Of a DNA stretch of 53,100 nt, positions 1 through 9,338 are shown piece by piece. The first letter of the stretch is position 1, and each line of letters starts with the position of its first letter. Both the position numbers and the translations under genes were made by a program. Source of the DNA: Clostridia bacterium (lineage in GTDB: Bacteria > Bacillota > Clostridia > Oscillospirales > SIG627); NCBI GenBank assembly GCA_017414535.1, contig JAFQMA010000021.1, positions 1 to 53,100 of the forward strand, read 5' to 3'. The notes beneath the pieces were generated by a model, which was not told the origin of the DNA, made no database searches, and saw nothing but the letters and a program-made list of their open reading frames with translations.

Positions 1-1431
1 AACGTGGGTGACAACGTCGGTGACGTTGCAGGCATGGGCGCCGACCTTTATGAATCCTACGTCGGATCTATTCTATCCGCCTCTGCGCTGGGCACCGTAG
101 CGTTCGAAAACAACATCTCTGCTTTGGCTCTTCCCTTCCTCTTGGCCGTTCTGGGCATCTTCTGCTCTGTCATCGGTACCTTCCTGGTAAAGACCAAGGA
201 GGGCGCAACTCAGAAGAATCTGCTCCGTGCCTTGAGCCGCGGTACAAACTTTTCTGCTATTTTGATTGCCGTACTGTCCTTCCCGCTGGTTTGGCTGGTT
301 CTGGGCAAGGAAAACCTCGTCTTCTTCGTACCGATCCTGGCTGGTCTGGTCAGCGGCGTTCTTATCGGCCAAGCAACGGAATACTTTACCTCCGATACGT
401 ATAAGCCCACCAAGAAGCTTGCATCTTCCTCTGAGACGGGATCCGCTACCTTGATCATCAGCGGCCTTTCCATCGGAATGCTTTCCACTGCACTTCCCGT
501 CCTGATCGTGGCGGTATGTATCATCGTATCCTTCTTCGCTACCGGTGGAATGGGAAATGCAAACCACGGCCTTTTCGGCATCGGCCTTGCCGCAGTCGGT
601 ATGCTTTCTACCTTGGGTATCACCCTTGCAACCGACGCATACGGTCCTGTTGCTGATAACGCAGGCGGTATTGCACAGATGGCCGGCCTTGAGGAAAGCG
701 TCCGTGAGCGCACCGATGCACTGGACTCCCTCGGCAATACCACTGCTGCTACCGGTAAGGGCTTTGCCATCGGCTCCGCCGCTCTGACTGCGCTGGCTCT
801 GCTGGCAAGCTACATTGATCAGGTAAAATCCATGGGTGCCGAGGCCGCAGAGGCGATCTCGAATCTTAGCCTCATCAATCCCACCGTTCTCGTCGGTCTC
901 TTCATCGGCGCCTGCGTTCCCTTCGTATTTGCAGCACTGACCATGGAATCTGTGGGCAGAGCAGCTCAGAGTGTCGTACAGGAGGCAAGAAGACAGTTCC
1001 GTGAGATCACCGGTCTTCTGGACGGAAAAGCCGATGCAGACTATGCAAGATGCGTTGACCTGTGCACGCGCTCCAGCTTGAAGGAAATGATCCTACCCGC
1101 CGTTTTGGCTATCGTCGCTCCCGTCGTTACGGGTCTTGTGCTTGGCGTAACGGGCGTCGTAGGTCTTTTGGCAGGCGCTACCGCTACGGGCTTCCTTTTG
1201 GCCATCTTTATGTCCAACTCCGGCGGCTCCTGGGATAACGCAAAAAAATACATTGAGGGCGGTAATTTCGGCGGCAAGGGCTCCGATCAGCACAAAGCTG
1301 CCGTTGTGGGCGATACCGTAGGCGATCCCTTTAAGGATACCGCAGGTCCTGCCATCAACATTCTCATCAAGCTTCTTTCCACCGTCTCCATCATCTTTGC
1401 TGCCATCGTAGCAAACTACAGCATTTTCTAA
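1..1431 (+). CDS. hppA: Membrane-integral pyrophosphatase, K+-dependent, probably Na+-translocating (5' truncated by window edge)
   Basis: Motifs DNVGDVAGMGADLYESY, DAYGPVADNAGGIA, LDSLGNTTAATGKGFAIGSAA, GDTVGDPFKDT; many TM helices. GNTTAA (Ala, not Lys) marks the K+-dependent class. Confidence 0.95.
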   Translation, partial: NVGDNVGDVAGMGADLYESYVGSILSASALGTVAFENNISALALPFLLAVLGIFCSVIGTFLVKTKEGATQKNLLRALSRGTNFSAILIAVLSFPLVWLVLGKENLVFFVPILAGLVSGVLIGQATEYFTSDTYKPTKKLASSSETGSATLIISGLSIGMLSTALPVLIVAVCIIVSFFATGGMGNANHGLFGIGLAAVGMLSTLGITLATDAYGPVADNAGGIAQMAGLEESVRERTDALDSLGNTTAATGKGFAIGSAALTALALLASYIDQVKSMGAEAAEAISNLSLINPTVLVGLFIGACVPFVFAALTMESVGRAAQSVVQEARRQFREITGLLDGKADADYARCVDLCTRSSLKEMILPAVLAIVAPVVTGLVLGVTGVVGLLAGATATGFLLAIFMSNSGGSWDNAKKYIEGGNFGGKGSDQHKAAVVGDTVGDPFKDTAGPAINILIKLLSTVSIIFAAIVANYSIF

Positions 1432-1440
1432 CAATTAAAG

Positions 1441-1477
1441 AAAAGAAGCGAACGATTACTCGTTCGCTTCTTTTTTT
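1441..1477. terminator. Bidirectional intrinsic terminator between hppA and pflA
   Basis: AAAAGAAGCGAACGA-ttac-TCGTTCGCTTCTTTT followed by further T's; overlaps the pflA stop codon. Confidence 0.85.
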
Positions 1478-2178
1478 GCGTTAACGTACTCTTGCAGCAC
1501 CGATAGACGTTCGGGATCCATTGCAGAGGTATGGATCAAGGGATTCGCCACACCAAGCTTTTCATACTTGTGAAAGCCGAGGCAATGGAAGCCCAAAAGC
1601 TCATATTTTGTTACACAGGAATAATTTGAAAGAACTGCGAGATAGCGATCCAGCCATTCTTCCGAATCATTGATTCCGGGCACGATCACTGTGCGGATCA
1701 CCGCAGGTTTTCCAACCTGCTCTAAATAGGCCAGGAAGGACAGGGGCAACTTGATGGAAGAGTGAGTATATTTTTGATAGCTCTCCTCGTCCGGAAACTT
1801 CAGATCCAGAAGAACCGAGCTTGCACCGTTCACAGCCGCTTTGACATCCTCCGACAAGGGAACGGCTCCCGAGGTATCCAGTATATAGGAAATGCTTTCT
1901 TTCCTTAAAAGGGGTACAACGGATGCGATGAAGGAGGCTTGTATGAGAGGCTCTCCTCCGCTGAAGGTGATTCCTCCGCGATCGCCGAAATAGGGCTTGA
2001 AGCGAGCTACCTTTTTAACCAAGGCCTCCCCCTCCGTGGGCGTACCGCCGTGCTGCCAGGTATCGGGATTGTGACAGTAAACGCAGCGCAAGGGACAGCC
2101 GGAGAGAAAGACGGCGCAGCGCACTCCTTCCCCATCGACAGCCGCAAGGCTTTCGATGGAATGAATATAGCCCTGCAC
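1456..2178 (-). CDS. pflA: Pyruvate formate-lyase activating enzyme (radical SAM)
   Basis: GYIHSIES..VDGEGVR..FLSGCPLRCVYCHNPDTW (CxxxCxxC), GGITFSGGEP; GTG start 1 nt after the pflB stop. Confidence 0.93.
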   Translation of the reverse strand: MQGYIHSIESLAAVDGEGVRCAVFLSGCPLRCVYCHNPDTWQHGGTPTEGEALVKKVARFKPYFGDRGGITFSGGEPLIQASFIASVVPLLRKESISYILDTSGAVPLSEDVKAAVNGASSVLLDLKFPDEESYQKYTHSSIKLPLSFLAYLEQVGKPAVIRTVIVPGINDSEEWLDRYLAVLSNYSCVTKYELLGFHCLGFHKYEKLGVANPLIHTSAMDPERLSVLQEYVNAKKEANE

Positions 2179-2179
2179 G

Positions 2180-4405
2180 TTACATCTTCTCGTGGAAGGT
2201 ACGGGAAATGACCTCCCTTTGCTTATCGGGGGTGAGCTTATTGAAGTTGACCGCGTAGCCGCTGACACGGATGGTCAGATTGGGATAGCGCTCGGGATGC
2301 TCCATGGCCTCCACCAGCTTTTCGCGGTTGAGAACGTTTACGTTCAAATGATGGGCGTTCTGGGCAAAGTAGCCGTCAAGGACCTGTACCAGATTCTCAA
2401 GTCTTGCTTCCTGAGTGGCGCCCAGCGCTGCGGGCGTGATGGAGAAGGTATTGGAGATACCGTCCCGGCAGCAATCGTAAGGGATCTTGGCAACGGAATT
2501 GAGAGAGGACAAAGCTCCCTCACAGTCTCTGCCGTGCATGGGATTGGCCCCGGGCGCAAAAGGCTCGCCTGCTTTTCTGCCATCAGGCGTGGAGCCTGTT
2601 TTCTTACCGTAAACCACGTTGGAGGTAATAGTCAGAAGAGACAGAGTATGCTTAGCACCGCGATAGGCGGGGGTCTTAATCAACTCATTATAGAAGAACT
2701 CTGCAACAAAGCGTGCAATATCATCCACGCGGTCATCATCGTTTCCGAAACGAGGATACTCACCCTCGGTCTTAAAATCAACGATCAGGCCGCGCTCGTC
2801 CTTAACGGGAGTAACACGGGCAAATTTGATGGCACTGAGGCTATCCGCCAGAACGGAAAAGCCGCTGATGCCGAAGGCCATCAGGCGTTCCGGCTCCACG
2901 TCGTGGAAGGACATCATCAATCTTTCATAGGCATAACGGTCGTGCATATAGTGAATAACGTTCATCGTATTCACGTAGAGCTTTGCCATCCAGGAGGCAT
3001 AGCACTTAAAGGCGTCCATCACGCGATCGTAGTCCAGTTCCTCTTCGGGGAACACCTCTCCAACGGGCGCGATCTGCTCGCCGTGGATCTCATCCTTGCC
3101 GCCGTTGAGTGCCATGAGAAGCACCTTGGCAAGGTTACACCGTGCACCGAAAAACTGCATCTGCTTTCCGGTTTTCATGGCAGAAACACAGCAAGCGATG
3201 GAATAATCGTCGCCATAGTCCTTGCGCATCACATCATCGTTTTCATACTGCAGGGCATCCGTATCGATGGAAGCTTGACAGCAGAAGCGCTTGAAGGCAG
3301 TGGGCAGTGCCTTCGCCCAAAGCACGGTAATATTGGGCTCGGCAGAGGGACCGAGGTTATAAAGGGTCTGAATGAAGCGGAAGCAGGTCTTGGTAACGAG
3401 GGGCTTTCCTTCCTCCGTCATACCGCCCAAAGACAAGGTCACCCAAACGGGATCTCCCGCAAAAAGCTCGTTATATTCGGGAGTGCGCAGATGACGAACG
3501 AGACGCATTTTCAGCACGAGATCATCCACGATCTCCTGGGCATCACCTTCGGTAAGAACGCCTGCCTGCAGATCGCGTTCAAAATAAATATCAAGGAAGG
3601 AGGAAATGCGACCGATGCTGTTTGCCGCACCGTTCTGCTCCTTCACGGCACCGAGATAACCGAAATACAACCACTGGACTGCCTCACGGGCCGTAGCGGC
3701 GGGACGAGTAATATCGCAGCCGTAAGAAGCGGCCATTTCCACCAGCTGTCCCATAAATTCGATCTGGCGCTCAATATCCTCCAAAAGGCGGATGGTCTCC
3801 TCGGTCATTTCTCTTTCGCCAATGCGCGCCTTATCCTTTTTGCGCTCCGCGATCAGATACTGCATGCCGTAGAGGGCTATTCTGCGATAGTCACCAACGA
3901 TGCGGCCGCGGGCATAGGCATCGGGAAGGCCCGTAAGAACACCGGCGTGGCGTGCCTTTTTCATGGTGTCGGTATAAACGCGAAAAACACCCGTGTTATG
4001 AGTGGTGCGGTATTTAAACTCGTTTTTGATATTTTCGCCGATCTCAAAGCCGTAGGCTTGACAGGCCTGCACCGCATTACGGAAGCCCGCAAAGGGGTTA
4101 ACGGCACGCTTTAAGGGACGGTCGGTCTGAAGGCCGACAATAATATCGTCCTCGCGGATGACGTAGCCGGGATCGAAGGTCAAGAGTGAAGATACCTTCT
4201 CCGTATCAACGTCCAACACTCCTCCCTTTTCATTTTCCAGACGGAGGAGGCGCTCCACTTCGGCCTTCACGCGGTCGGTGCGGGGCGTAGTTCCGCATAG
4301 GAAGGACTCGTCACCCTCATACGGAGTTACGTTGGTAAGAATAAAATCACGCACATTGATCTCTTCCTGCCATATTCCCTTTCGGAAGCGATTCCACTGT
4401 TCCAT
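2180..4405 (-). CDS. pflB: Formate C-acetyltransferase (pyruvate formate-lyase)
   Basis: IACCVSAM active-site Cys-Cys, TIRVSGYAV glycyl-radical motif, GLQTD; SD GGAG before ATG at 4405. Confidence 0.97.
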   Translation of the reverse strand: MEQWNRFRKGIWQEEINVRDFILTNVTPYEGDESFLCGTTPRTDRVKAEVERLLRLENEKGGVLDVDTEKVSSLLTFDPGYVIREDDIIVGLQTDRPLKRAVNPFAGFRNAVQACQAYGFEIGENIKNEFKYRTTHNTGVFRVYTDTMKKARHAGVLTGLPDAYARGRIVGDYRRIALYGMQYLIAERKKDKARIGEREMTEETIRLLEDIERQIEFMGQLVEMAASYGCDITRPAATAREAVQWLYFGYLGAVKEQNGAANSIGRISSFLDIYFERDLQAGVLTEGDAQEIVDDLVLKMRLVRHLRTPEYNELFAGDPVWVTLSLGGMTEEGKPLVTKTCFRFIQTLYNLGPSAEPNITVLWAKALPTAFKRFCCQASIDTDALQYENDDVMRKDYGDDYSIACCVSAMKTGKQMQFFGARCNLAKVLLMALNGGKDEIHGEQIAPVGEVFPEEELDYDRVMDAFKCYASWMAKLYVNTMNVIHYMHDRYAYERLMMSFHDVEPERLMAFGISGFSVLADSLSAIKFARVTPVKDERGLIVDFKTEGEYPRFGNDDDRVDDIARFVAEFFYNELIKTPAYRGAKHTLSLLTITSNVVYGKKTGSTPDGRKAGEPFAPGANPMHGRDCEGALSSLNSVAKIPYDCCRDGISNTFSITPAALGATQEARLENLVQVLDGYFAQNAHHLNVNVLNREKLVEAMEHPERYPNLTIRVSGYAVNFNKLTPDKQREVISRTFHEKM

Positions 4406-4423
4406 AATATTCTCCTTTTCCAT

Positions 4424-4455
4424 AAAAACAAAAAGACATCCTGCCCAGCAGGATG
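4424..4455 (-). terminator. Riboswitch expression-platform terminator in the pflB leader
   Basis: Minus strand CATCCTGC-tgg-GCAGGATG followed by TCTTTTTGTTTTT; overlaps the aptamer 3' end. Confidence 0.85.
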
Positions 4456-4523
4456 CCCAGACGGTCGGCGTATTCATCCTTGTTCCATCATAGTACTCTA
4501 TGTTCCGTCAGTAGCAAGGACAA
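4454..4523 (-). ncRNA. ZMP/ZTP (pfl motif) riboswitch aptamer
   Basis: Minus strand: P1 UCCUUG/CAAGGA, conserved ACUGACGGAA, P2 CAUAG/CUAUG, 3' GCCGACCGUCUGGGC; lies directly upstream of pflB. Confidence 0.93.
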
Positions 4524-4527
4524 ATAT

Positions 4528-4556
4528 ATTATAACAAGGGAATGTGTTTTTGTCAA
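4528..4556 (-). promoter_or_regulatory. Sigma-A promoter of the pflBA leader
   Basis: TTGACA-17 nt-TATAAT with TGn extension, positioned to start transcription at the aptamer 5' end. Confidence 0.88.
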
Positions 4557-4654
4557 AGGTTTTTTATTACTTTTCATACACTTCTTGCATTCCACGGAAA
4601 AATATGATATACTTTTGAAGAATTTATCGAAGATATGCTTAGAAAGGCAATTTC

Positions 4655-5590
4655 ATGATCTGCAATTCCATCTTAGACGCTATGGGAAACACTCCTCTGA
4701 TCCGTTTGAGGCATCTTCCCGACGATGACAGTGCCCAGATCCTTGTAAAATTTGAAGGATTGAACGTTGGAGGCTCTATCAAAACGCGCACTGCGCTCAA
4801 TATGATAGAAGATGCGGAAAAGAAAGGGCTTCTCTCCCCCGATACCGTCATTGTAGAGCCCACCAGCGGAAATCAAGGCATCGGTCTGGCATTGGTCGGC
4901 GCGGTAAAGGGCTACAGGGTGAAGATCATTATGCCCGACTCCGTAAGCCTTGAAAGAAAAAAACTTGTGGAGCAGTACGGAGCAGAGGTGATCCTGGTAC
5001 ACGATGCGGGGAACATCGGCGCTTGCATTGAGGAATGTGTTTCTCTTGCCCTGAGAATGCGCGAGAAGGATCCCAACGTATTCGTGCCTCAACAGTTTGA
5101 GAATCCCGCTAACCCTGCCATTCAAAGAGAAAGCACTGCGACGGAGATCCTGCAACAGGCAGAGGGTGTGACTATTCACGGCTTCTGTGCCGGCATCGGT
5201 ACAGGCGGTACCATCACCGGTATAGGTGAGGTGTTGAAGGCGCACAATCCCGAACTCCTCATCTGGGCAGTCGAGCCCGAAAATGCCGCGATCCTTTCGG
5301 GCGGCTCCATCGGTACCCACATTCAAATGGGCATCGGCGACGGTGTCATCCCCGACATTCTTAACCGTGATATTATCGACGACGTTTGCATCGTCAAGGA
5401 CGACGATGCACTGCGCGTTTCCCGCGAGTTGGCTTGGCGCGAGGGTATTCTCTGCGGCATTTCCAGCGGAACCAACGTAGCCGCAGCACTGAGGCTTGCC
5501 AAGCTTTTAGGCAAAGGAAAAACTGTGGTAACCGTACTTCCCGACACGGCGGAGCGCTATTTTTCCACCCCACTTTTTGAAAAGGAATGA
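4655..5590 (+). CDS. PLP-dependent cysteine synthase family protein (CysK-like paralog)
   Basis: MGNTPL, NVGGSIK(T)R PLP lysine, EPTSGNQG, GIGTGGT, GISSG, VLPDTAERYFST. Confidence 0.88.
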   Translation: MICNSILDAMGNTPLIRLRHLPDDDSAQILVKFEGLNVGGSIKTRTALNMIEDAEKKGLLSPDTVIVEPTSGNQGIGLALVGAVKGYRVKIIMPDSVSLERKKLVEQYGAEVILVHDAGNIGACIEECVSLALRMREKDPNVFVPQQFENPANPAIQRESTATEILQQAEGVTIHGFCAGIGTGGTITGIGEVLKAHNPELLIWAVEPENAAILSGGSIGTHIQMGIGDGVIPDILNRDIIDDVCIVKDDDALRVSRELAWREGILCGISSGTNVAAALRLAKLLGKGKTVVTVLPDTAERYFSTPLFEKE

Positions 5591-5594
5591 GCCG

Positions 5595-5621
5595 AAACGG
5601 ATGCATAGGCATCCGTTTTTT
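5595..5621 (+). terminator. Intrinsic terminator after the cysteine synthase paralog
   Basis: AAACGGATGC-atag-GCATCCGTTT plus T-tract. Confidence 0.8.
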
Positions 5622-5697
5622 GGCAAAGGTACAATACGGAAAATGAAAAACATCGAAACCGTATAACAATTGGTTTGTGCAAATTTCACACAATATC

Positions 5698-5725
5698 AAA
5701 AAAAGCACCCGCCCTCCGGCGGGTG
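5698..5725 (-). terminator. Intrinsic terminator of the AraC gene
   Basis: CACCCGCC-4 nt-GGCGGGTG followed on the minus strand by CTTTTTTT. Confidence 0.78.
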
Positions 5726-5732
5726 TCATTTT

Positions 5733-6635
5733 TTATTTTTTAGGGAAGGAAAAGCTGTTGACCGAATCCGCAAATTCCGAGGGAGTCATGCCCGAGACTG
5801 CCTTAAATCGGCGAGAAAAATAATGGATAGAGGAGAAGGAAAGGCGCTGTGCTATCTCAGAAAAATTTAGTTTCTTTTCGCGGATCATCTCCTTGGCGCG
5901 GTCGATCTTCATACGCTGGAAGTGCTGCATGGCGCCACAGCCCACCTTATGCTGAAATAGCTTTTGGAGAGAGGATTCACTGATAAAGAACTTTTTCTGC
6001 AGGTCCTTACTGGTCAGATCCTTTTCCACGTTTTCCAGCATATACTCACAGATCTGACGCAAACGGATCTCATCCTTTCTGCGACGGGCATTGGGCGTGG
6101 GCTGGTCGGCATGAGCCGCGCTTTGTAAACCATAGCGACGGATCAGGGAAATAAAAAGCATTTCAAGGTTTAATTCAATGAGTTGCTCCGCGCCGAAGGG
6201 GCTGTTTTCCTTGCGCACCAGCTCCTCGGTATACGGATCGCCCAAAGGGGAGGAAAAGGCTTCCCTGCCCGCCTCGATCACGCTTGCCATGCAGGCCTTT
6301 TCATGCTCATTGCAGACCATGACCTTGCCGGCAACATCGAAAAGCTCGGGAGTGGAGGAGGAAAAGGTAACGATAACGGAATTGGGCGCATTGGTACCGT
6401 TGCCCCGCACGTTATGAAATTCCATAGGCTTATGAACGAACATAGAGCCCTGGGGCAGAATGATCTCATTGGTATCGGCAGTGATGACAAGCTCGCTCTT
6501 ATCCGCGTAGATAAACTCCCAAAAATCGTGGAGCTCGCCGGAAAAAGAAAAATCCACTGCGTATTCAAAATAATGGACGGAGATCACGTCGTCCACACAC
6601 ATATCCTGCCGAAGCACCGTTTTTTTGTAATCCAT
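5733..6635 (-). CDS. AraC family transcriptional regulator (cupin sensor plus HTH)
   Basis: N-terminal GELHDFWEFIY..HKPMEFH cupin; C-terminal SEIAQRLSFSSIHYFSRRFKAVSGMTPSEF; SD GGAGG. Confidence 0.92.
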   Translation of the reverse strand: MDYKKTVLRQDMCVDDVISVHYFEYAVDFSFSGELHDFWEFIYADKSELVITADTNEIILPQGSMFVHKPMEFHNVRGNGTNAPNSVIVTFSSSTPELFDVAGKVMVCNEHEKACMASVIEAGREAFSSPLGDPYTEELVRKENSPFGAEQLIELNLEMLFISLIRRYGLQSAAHADQPTPNARRRKDEIRLRQICEYMLENVEKDLTSKDLQKKFFISESSLQKLFQHKVGCGAMQHFQRMKIDRAKEMIREKKLNFSEIAQRLSFSSIHYFSRRFKAVSGMTPSEFADSVNSFSFPKK

Positions 6636-6814
6636 ACTGATCCCTCCTGACAACAGAATAATACATAAAACGGAAAAATGCAATAGGTTTTTACTGAAAA
6701 ATACAAATAATACCCGAAATCGTTTACCAAAAAAGCGCAAGACTTACTTTTCAAACGAAGTGCCGTATGATATAATCATACTGTCTCTATATGCATTATA
6801 GGAAAGGAGAGGCT

Positions 6815-7894
6815 ATGAAGACTGTCATCAAAAACGCCCTTCTCCACGGCAAGATCGTCAACGTTGTGGCAGAGGGCGGCAAGATCATATCAATCAACAC
6901 GGAAAAGGGGCTGAGCGGTATTGATGCAGACGGACGCCGCATCGTCCCCGGCATGATCGAGGTACATGCTCACGGCTGTATCGGCATGGATGCACTGGAT
7001 GGGGATTTTGAGCCCATGTGCGACTTTTTGGCGCGCAGAGGAACGACGACCTGGTATCCCACCACCATGACCATGGACTCGGAAACACTCATTGAGGTGA
7101 CCCATAAGAAAACGGACTTTGCGGGAACGAAGATCCCCGGCTTTCATCTGGAGGGTCCCTATCTTTCCGTAAAATATAAAGGGGCTCAGAACGAAGCTTA
7201 CATCAAGTCACCCGACTATGAGGAATTCAAAAAATTCGGTAAGGTAAAGATGATTACTGTGGCCCCCGAGCGCGAGGGCAGCATGGACTTCATCCGCCGC
7301 ATCACAGGCGAAGGCGTCGTCGTAGCGCTGGGACACACCGATACGGATTACGACACGGCCATAGAAGCCATTGAAAACGGCGCAAGTTGTCTGACTCACA
7401 CCTTCAACGCCATGAACGGACTTCACCACAGAAAGCCCGGCCCCATCGGTGCAGGCTGTGAAAAGAACATCTGGGCCCAGATCATCTGCGACGGCATCCA
7501 CGTGCACAAGGCAAGCTTCCTTGCTGCATGGCGCATGTTCGGTACGGACCGACTGACCCTCATCAGCGATGCCATCCGTCCCGCAGGTCTGCCCGAGGGA
7601 ACGGAATCCGAATCGGGTGGCATTCCCGTGGTGGTAAGAGACGGCGCCGTTTACTTAAAGGACAGCGACACCTTGGGTGGCAGCGGCTCCATCCTATGGA
7701 ACTGCGTGCAATGCGCCGTGAAGATGGGCATCCCCTTTGACGATGCGGTCACTATGGCTACCCGCACCCCCGCCCGCCTAATGGGCCTGAATAAGGGCGA
7801 GATCCGCGAGGGATTTGATGCGGATCTGCTCCTTGTTGACGATAATATGGAGATCGACAGCGTGTTCATCTCCGGAGAGAGGTATGGAGAATGA
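6815..7894 (+). CDS. nagA: N-acetylglucosamine-6-phosphate deacetylase-like amidohydrolase
   Basis: PGMIEVHAHG, HLEGPY, GHT, THTFNAM, DGIH, ISDA, TPARLMG, GFDADL. Confidence 0.88.
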   Translation: MKTVIKNALLHGKIVNVVAEGGKIISINTEKGLSGIDADGRRIVPGMIEVHAHGCIGMDALDGDFEPMCDFLARRGTTTWYPTTMTMDSETLIEVTHKKTDFAGTKIPGFHLEGPYLSVKYKGAQNEAYIKSPDYEEFKKFGKVKMITVAPEREGSMDFIRRITGEGVVVALGHTDTDYDTAIEAIENGASCLTHTFNAMNGLHHRKPGPIGAGCEKNIWAQIICDGIHVHKASFLAAWRMFGTDRLTLISDAIRPAGLPEGTESESGGIPVVVRDGAVYLKDSDTLGGSGSILWNCVQCAVKMGIPFDDAVTMATRTPARLMGLNKGEIREGFDADLLLVDDNMEIDSVFISGERYGE

Positions 7895-9264
7895 AATTTC
7901 TTGGAATCGAAGCTGAACTGAAGAACAAGCCCGTGCTTGACCCCGACTTTTTCCCCCTGTACCGTTGGGAGAAGGCTTATCTTGAGGGAGCGAAGGAAAA
8001 GATCGCCGTTGCCATTCGCAGAAGCGGCGGAAAAATTGCCGTATTTGACACCGTGATCCACGGCACAGAGGAAATGCTTGAGGCTGACTGCTACTACATC
8101 GAGCGCAACGTCAAGTTCCTTCTATGGGCTAAGGGCGGCTATGAGGTGACCGTTTGCGGCAATGAGAGAATATACGAGCACATCAAGGCCTGCTACAGCG
8201 AAAACGGCGCAAGAAAATTTGATTTTAAGACCATGGGTGACGTTTACGAGGCACCCTTTACCGTGAAGCACGCCACCTACGAGGAGAAGCCCGAGGAGCA
8301 GGATTCCGCACAGCCCTGCGGCGGTAATTTTGACGGATGCCGCATCGGCTTTGATGCAGGCGGATCCGACCGCAAGGTCAGCGCCGTCATTGACGGTGAG
8401 GTGGTGTATTCCGAGGAGGTGGTCTGGTTCCCCAAGACCATGTCCGATCCCGATTATCACTTCAACGGTATTGTGGAGGCCTTCCGCACCGCCGCCTCCA
8501 AGATGCCTCGCGTCGACGCCATCGGCATCAGCTCTGCAGGCATATACGTGGATAACCGCACCATGCTGGCCTCCCTCTTTCTGAAGGTCTCCCCCGAGGA
8601 TTTTGACAAGAAGGTGAAGGATATTTATATCCGTGCAGGCAAGGAGATCGGCGACGTCCCCCTGCTTGTTGCCAATGACGGTGACGTTACCGCGCTGGCA
8701 GGTGCCATGGAGCTGAACGACAACGCGGTGCTTGGCATCGCCATGGGCACCAGCGAGGCGGGCGGCTACGTAGATGCAGACGGCAATATTACCGGCTGGC
8801 TGAATGAGCTTGCCTTCACTCCCATTGACGCTAACCCCGAGGCCATGGAGGATGAGTGGAGCGGCGACATCGGTTGCGGTGTGAAATACTTTTCTCAGGA
8901 CGGTGTGATCAAGCTGGCGCCCCGTGCAGGCATCATTTTGGATGAGAGCCTCTCCCCTGCTGAAAAGCTGAAGGTGGTTCAGAAGGAAGTGGAAAACGGC
9001 AACGAAAAGGCCCTTGATATTTACCGTAGCCTCGGTACCTGCCTCGGACACACCCTGCCCCTTTATGCCAAGACCTACACCATTCGCCATCTGCTTCTCT
9101 TGGGTCGCGTGACCAGCGGCAAGGGAGGCGAGGCCTTTATTGAGGCCTGCCGCAAGGTACTGGCCGAGGAATATCCCGAGCTCAAGATCAATCTGGCTCT
9201 GCCCGACGAAAATTCCCGTCGCGTGGGCCAGAGCGTTGCCGCAGCAGGTCTGCCCAAGGCATAA
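7891..9264 (+). CDS. ROK family protein with long N-terminal extension (putative sugar kinase)
   Basis: IGFDAGGSD ATP motif, ANDGD, AMGTSEAGG, GWLNELAF; ATGA overlap with nagA. Confidence 0.8.
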   Translation: MKFLGIEAELKNKPVLDPDFFPLYRWEKAYLEGAKEKIAVAIRRSGGKIAVFDTVIHGTEEMLEADCYYIERNVKFLLWAKGGYEVTVCGNERIYEHIKACYSENGARKFDFKTMGDVYEAPFTVKHATYEEKPEEQDSAQPCGGNFDGCRIGFDAGGSDRKVSAVIDGEVVYSEEVVWFPKTMSDPDYHFNGIVEAFRTAASKMPRVDAIGISSAGIYVDNRTMLASLFLKVSPEDFDKKVKDIYIRAGKEIGDVPLLVANDGDVTALAGAMELNDNAVLGIAMGTSEAGGYVDADGNITGWLNELAFTPIDANPEAMEDEWSGDIGCGVKYFSQDGVIKLAPRAGIILDESLSPAEKLKVVQKEVENGNEKALDIYRSLGTCLGHTLPLYAKTYTIRHLLLLGRVTSGKGGEAFIEACRKVLAEEYPELKINLALPDENSRRVGQSVAAAGLPKA

Positions 9265-9338
9265 AAGTTCGCAAACGGCTTGTTTTTTTCATGATGGAAT
9301 AGTATAATATACTTACAGACAAGACGGAGGATGAAGCT

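Noticed and set aside
2192-4114. 640-aa plus-strand ORF
   Set aside because: Antisense shadow of pflB with no motifs; expected from codon bias.
5622-5697. ~75-nt spacer between two terminators with weak inverted repeats (TACGG/CCGTA, TTGTG/CACAA)
   Set aside because: Stems are only 5 bp in AT-rich DNA and there is no convincing promoter; insufficient for a call.
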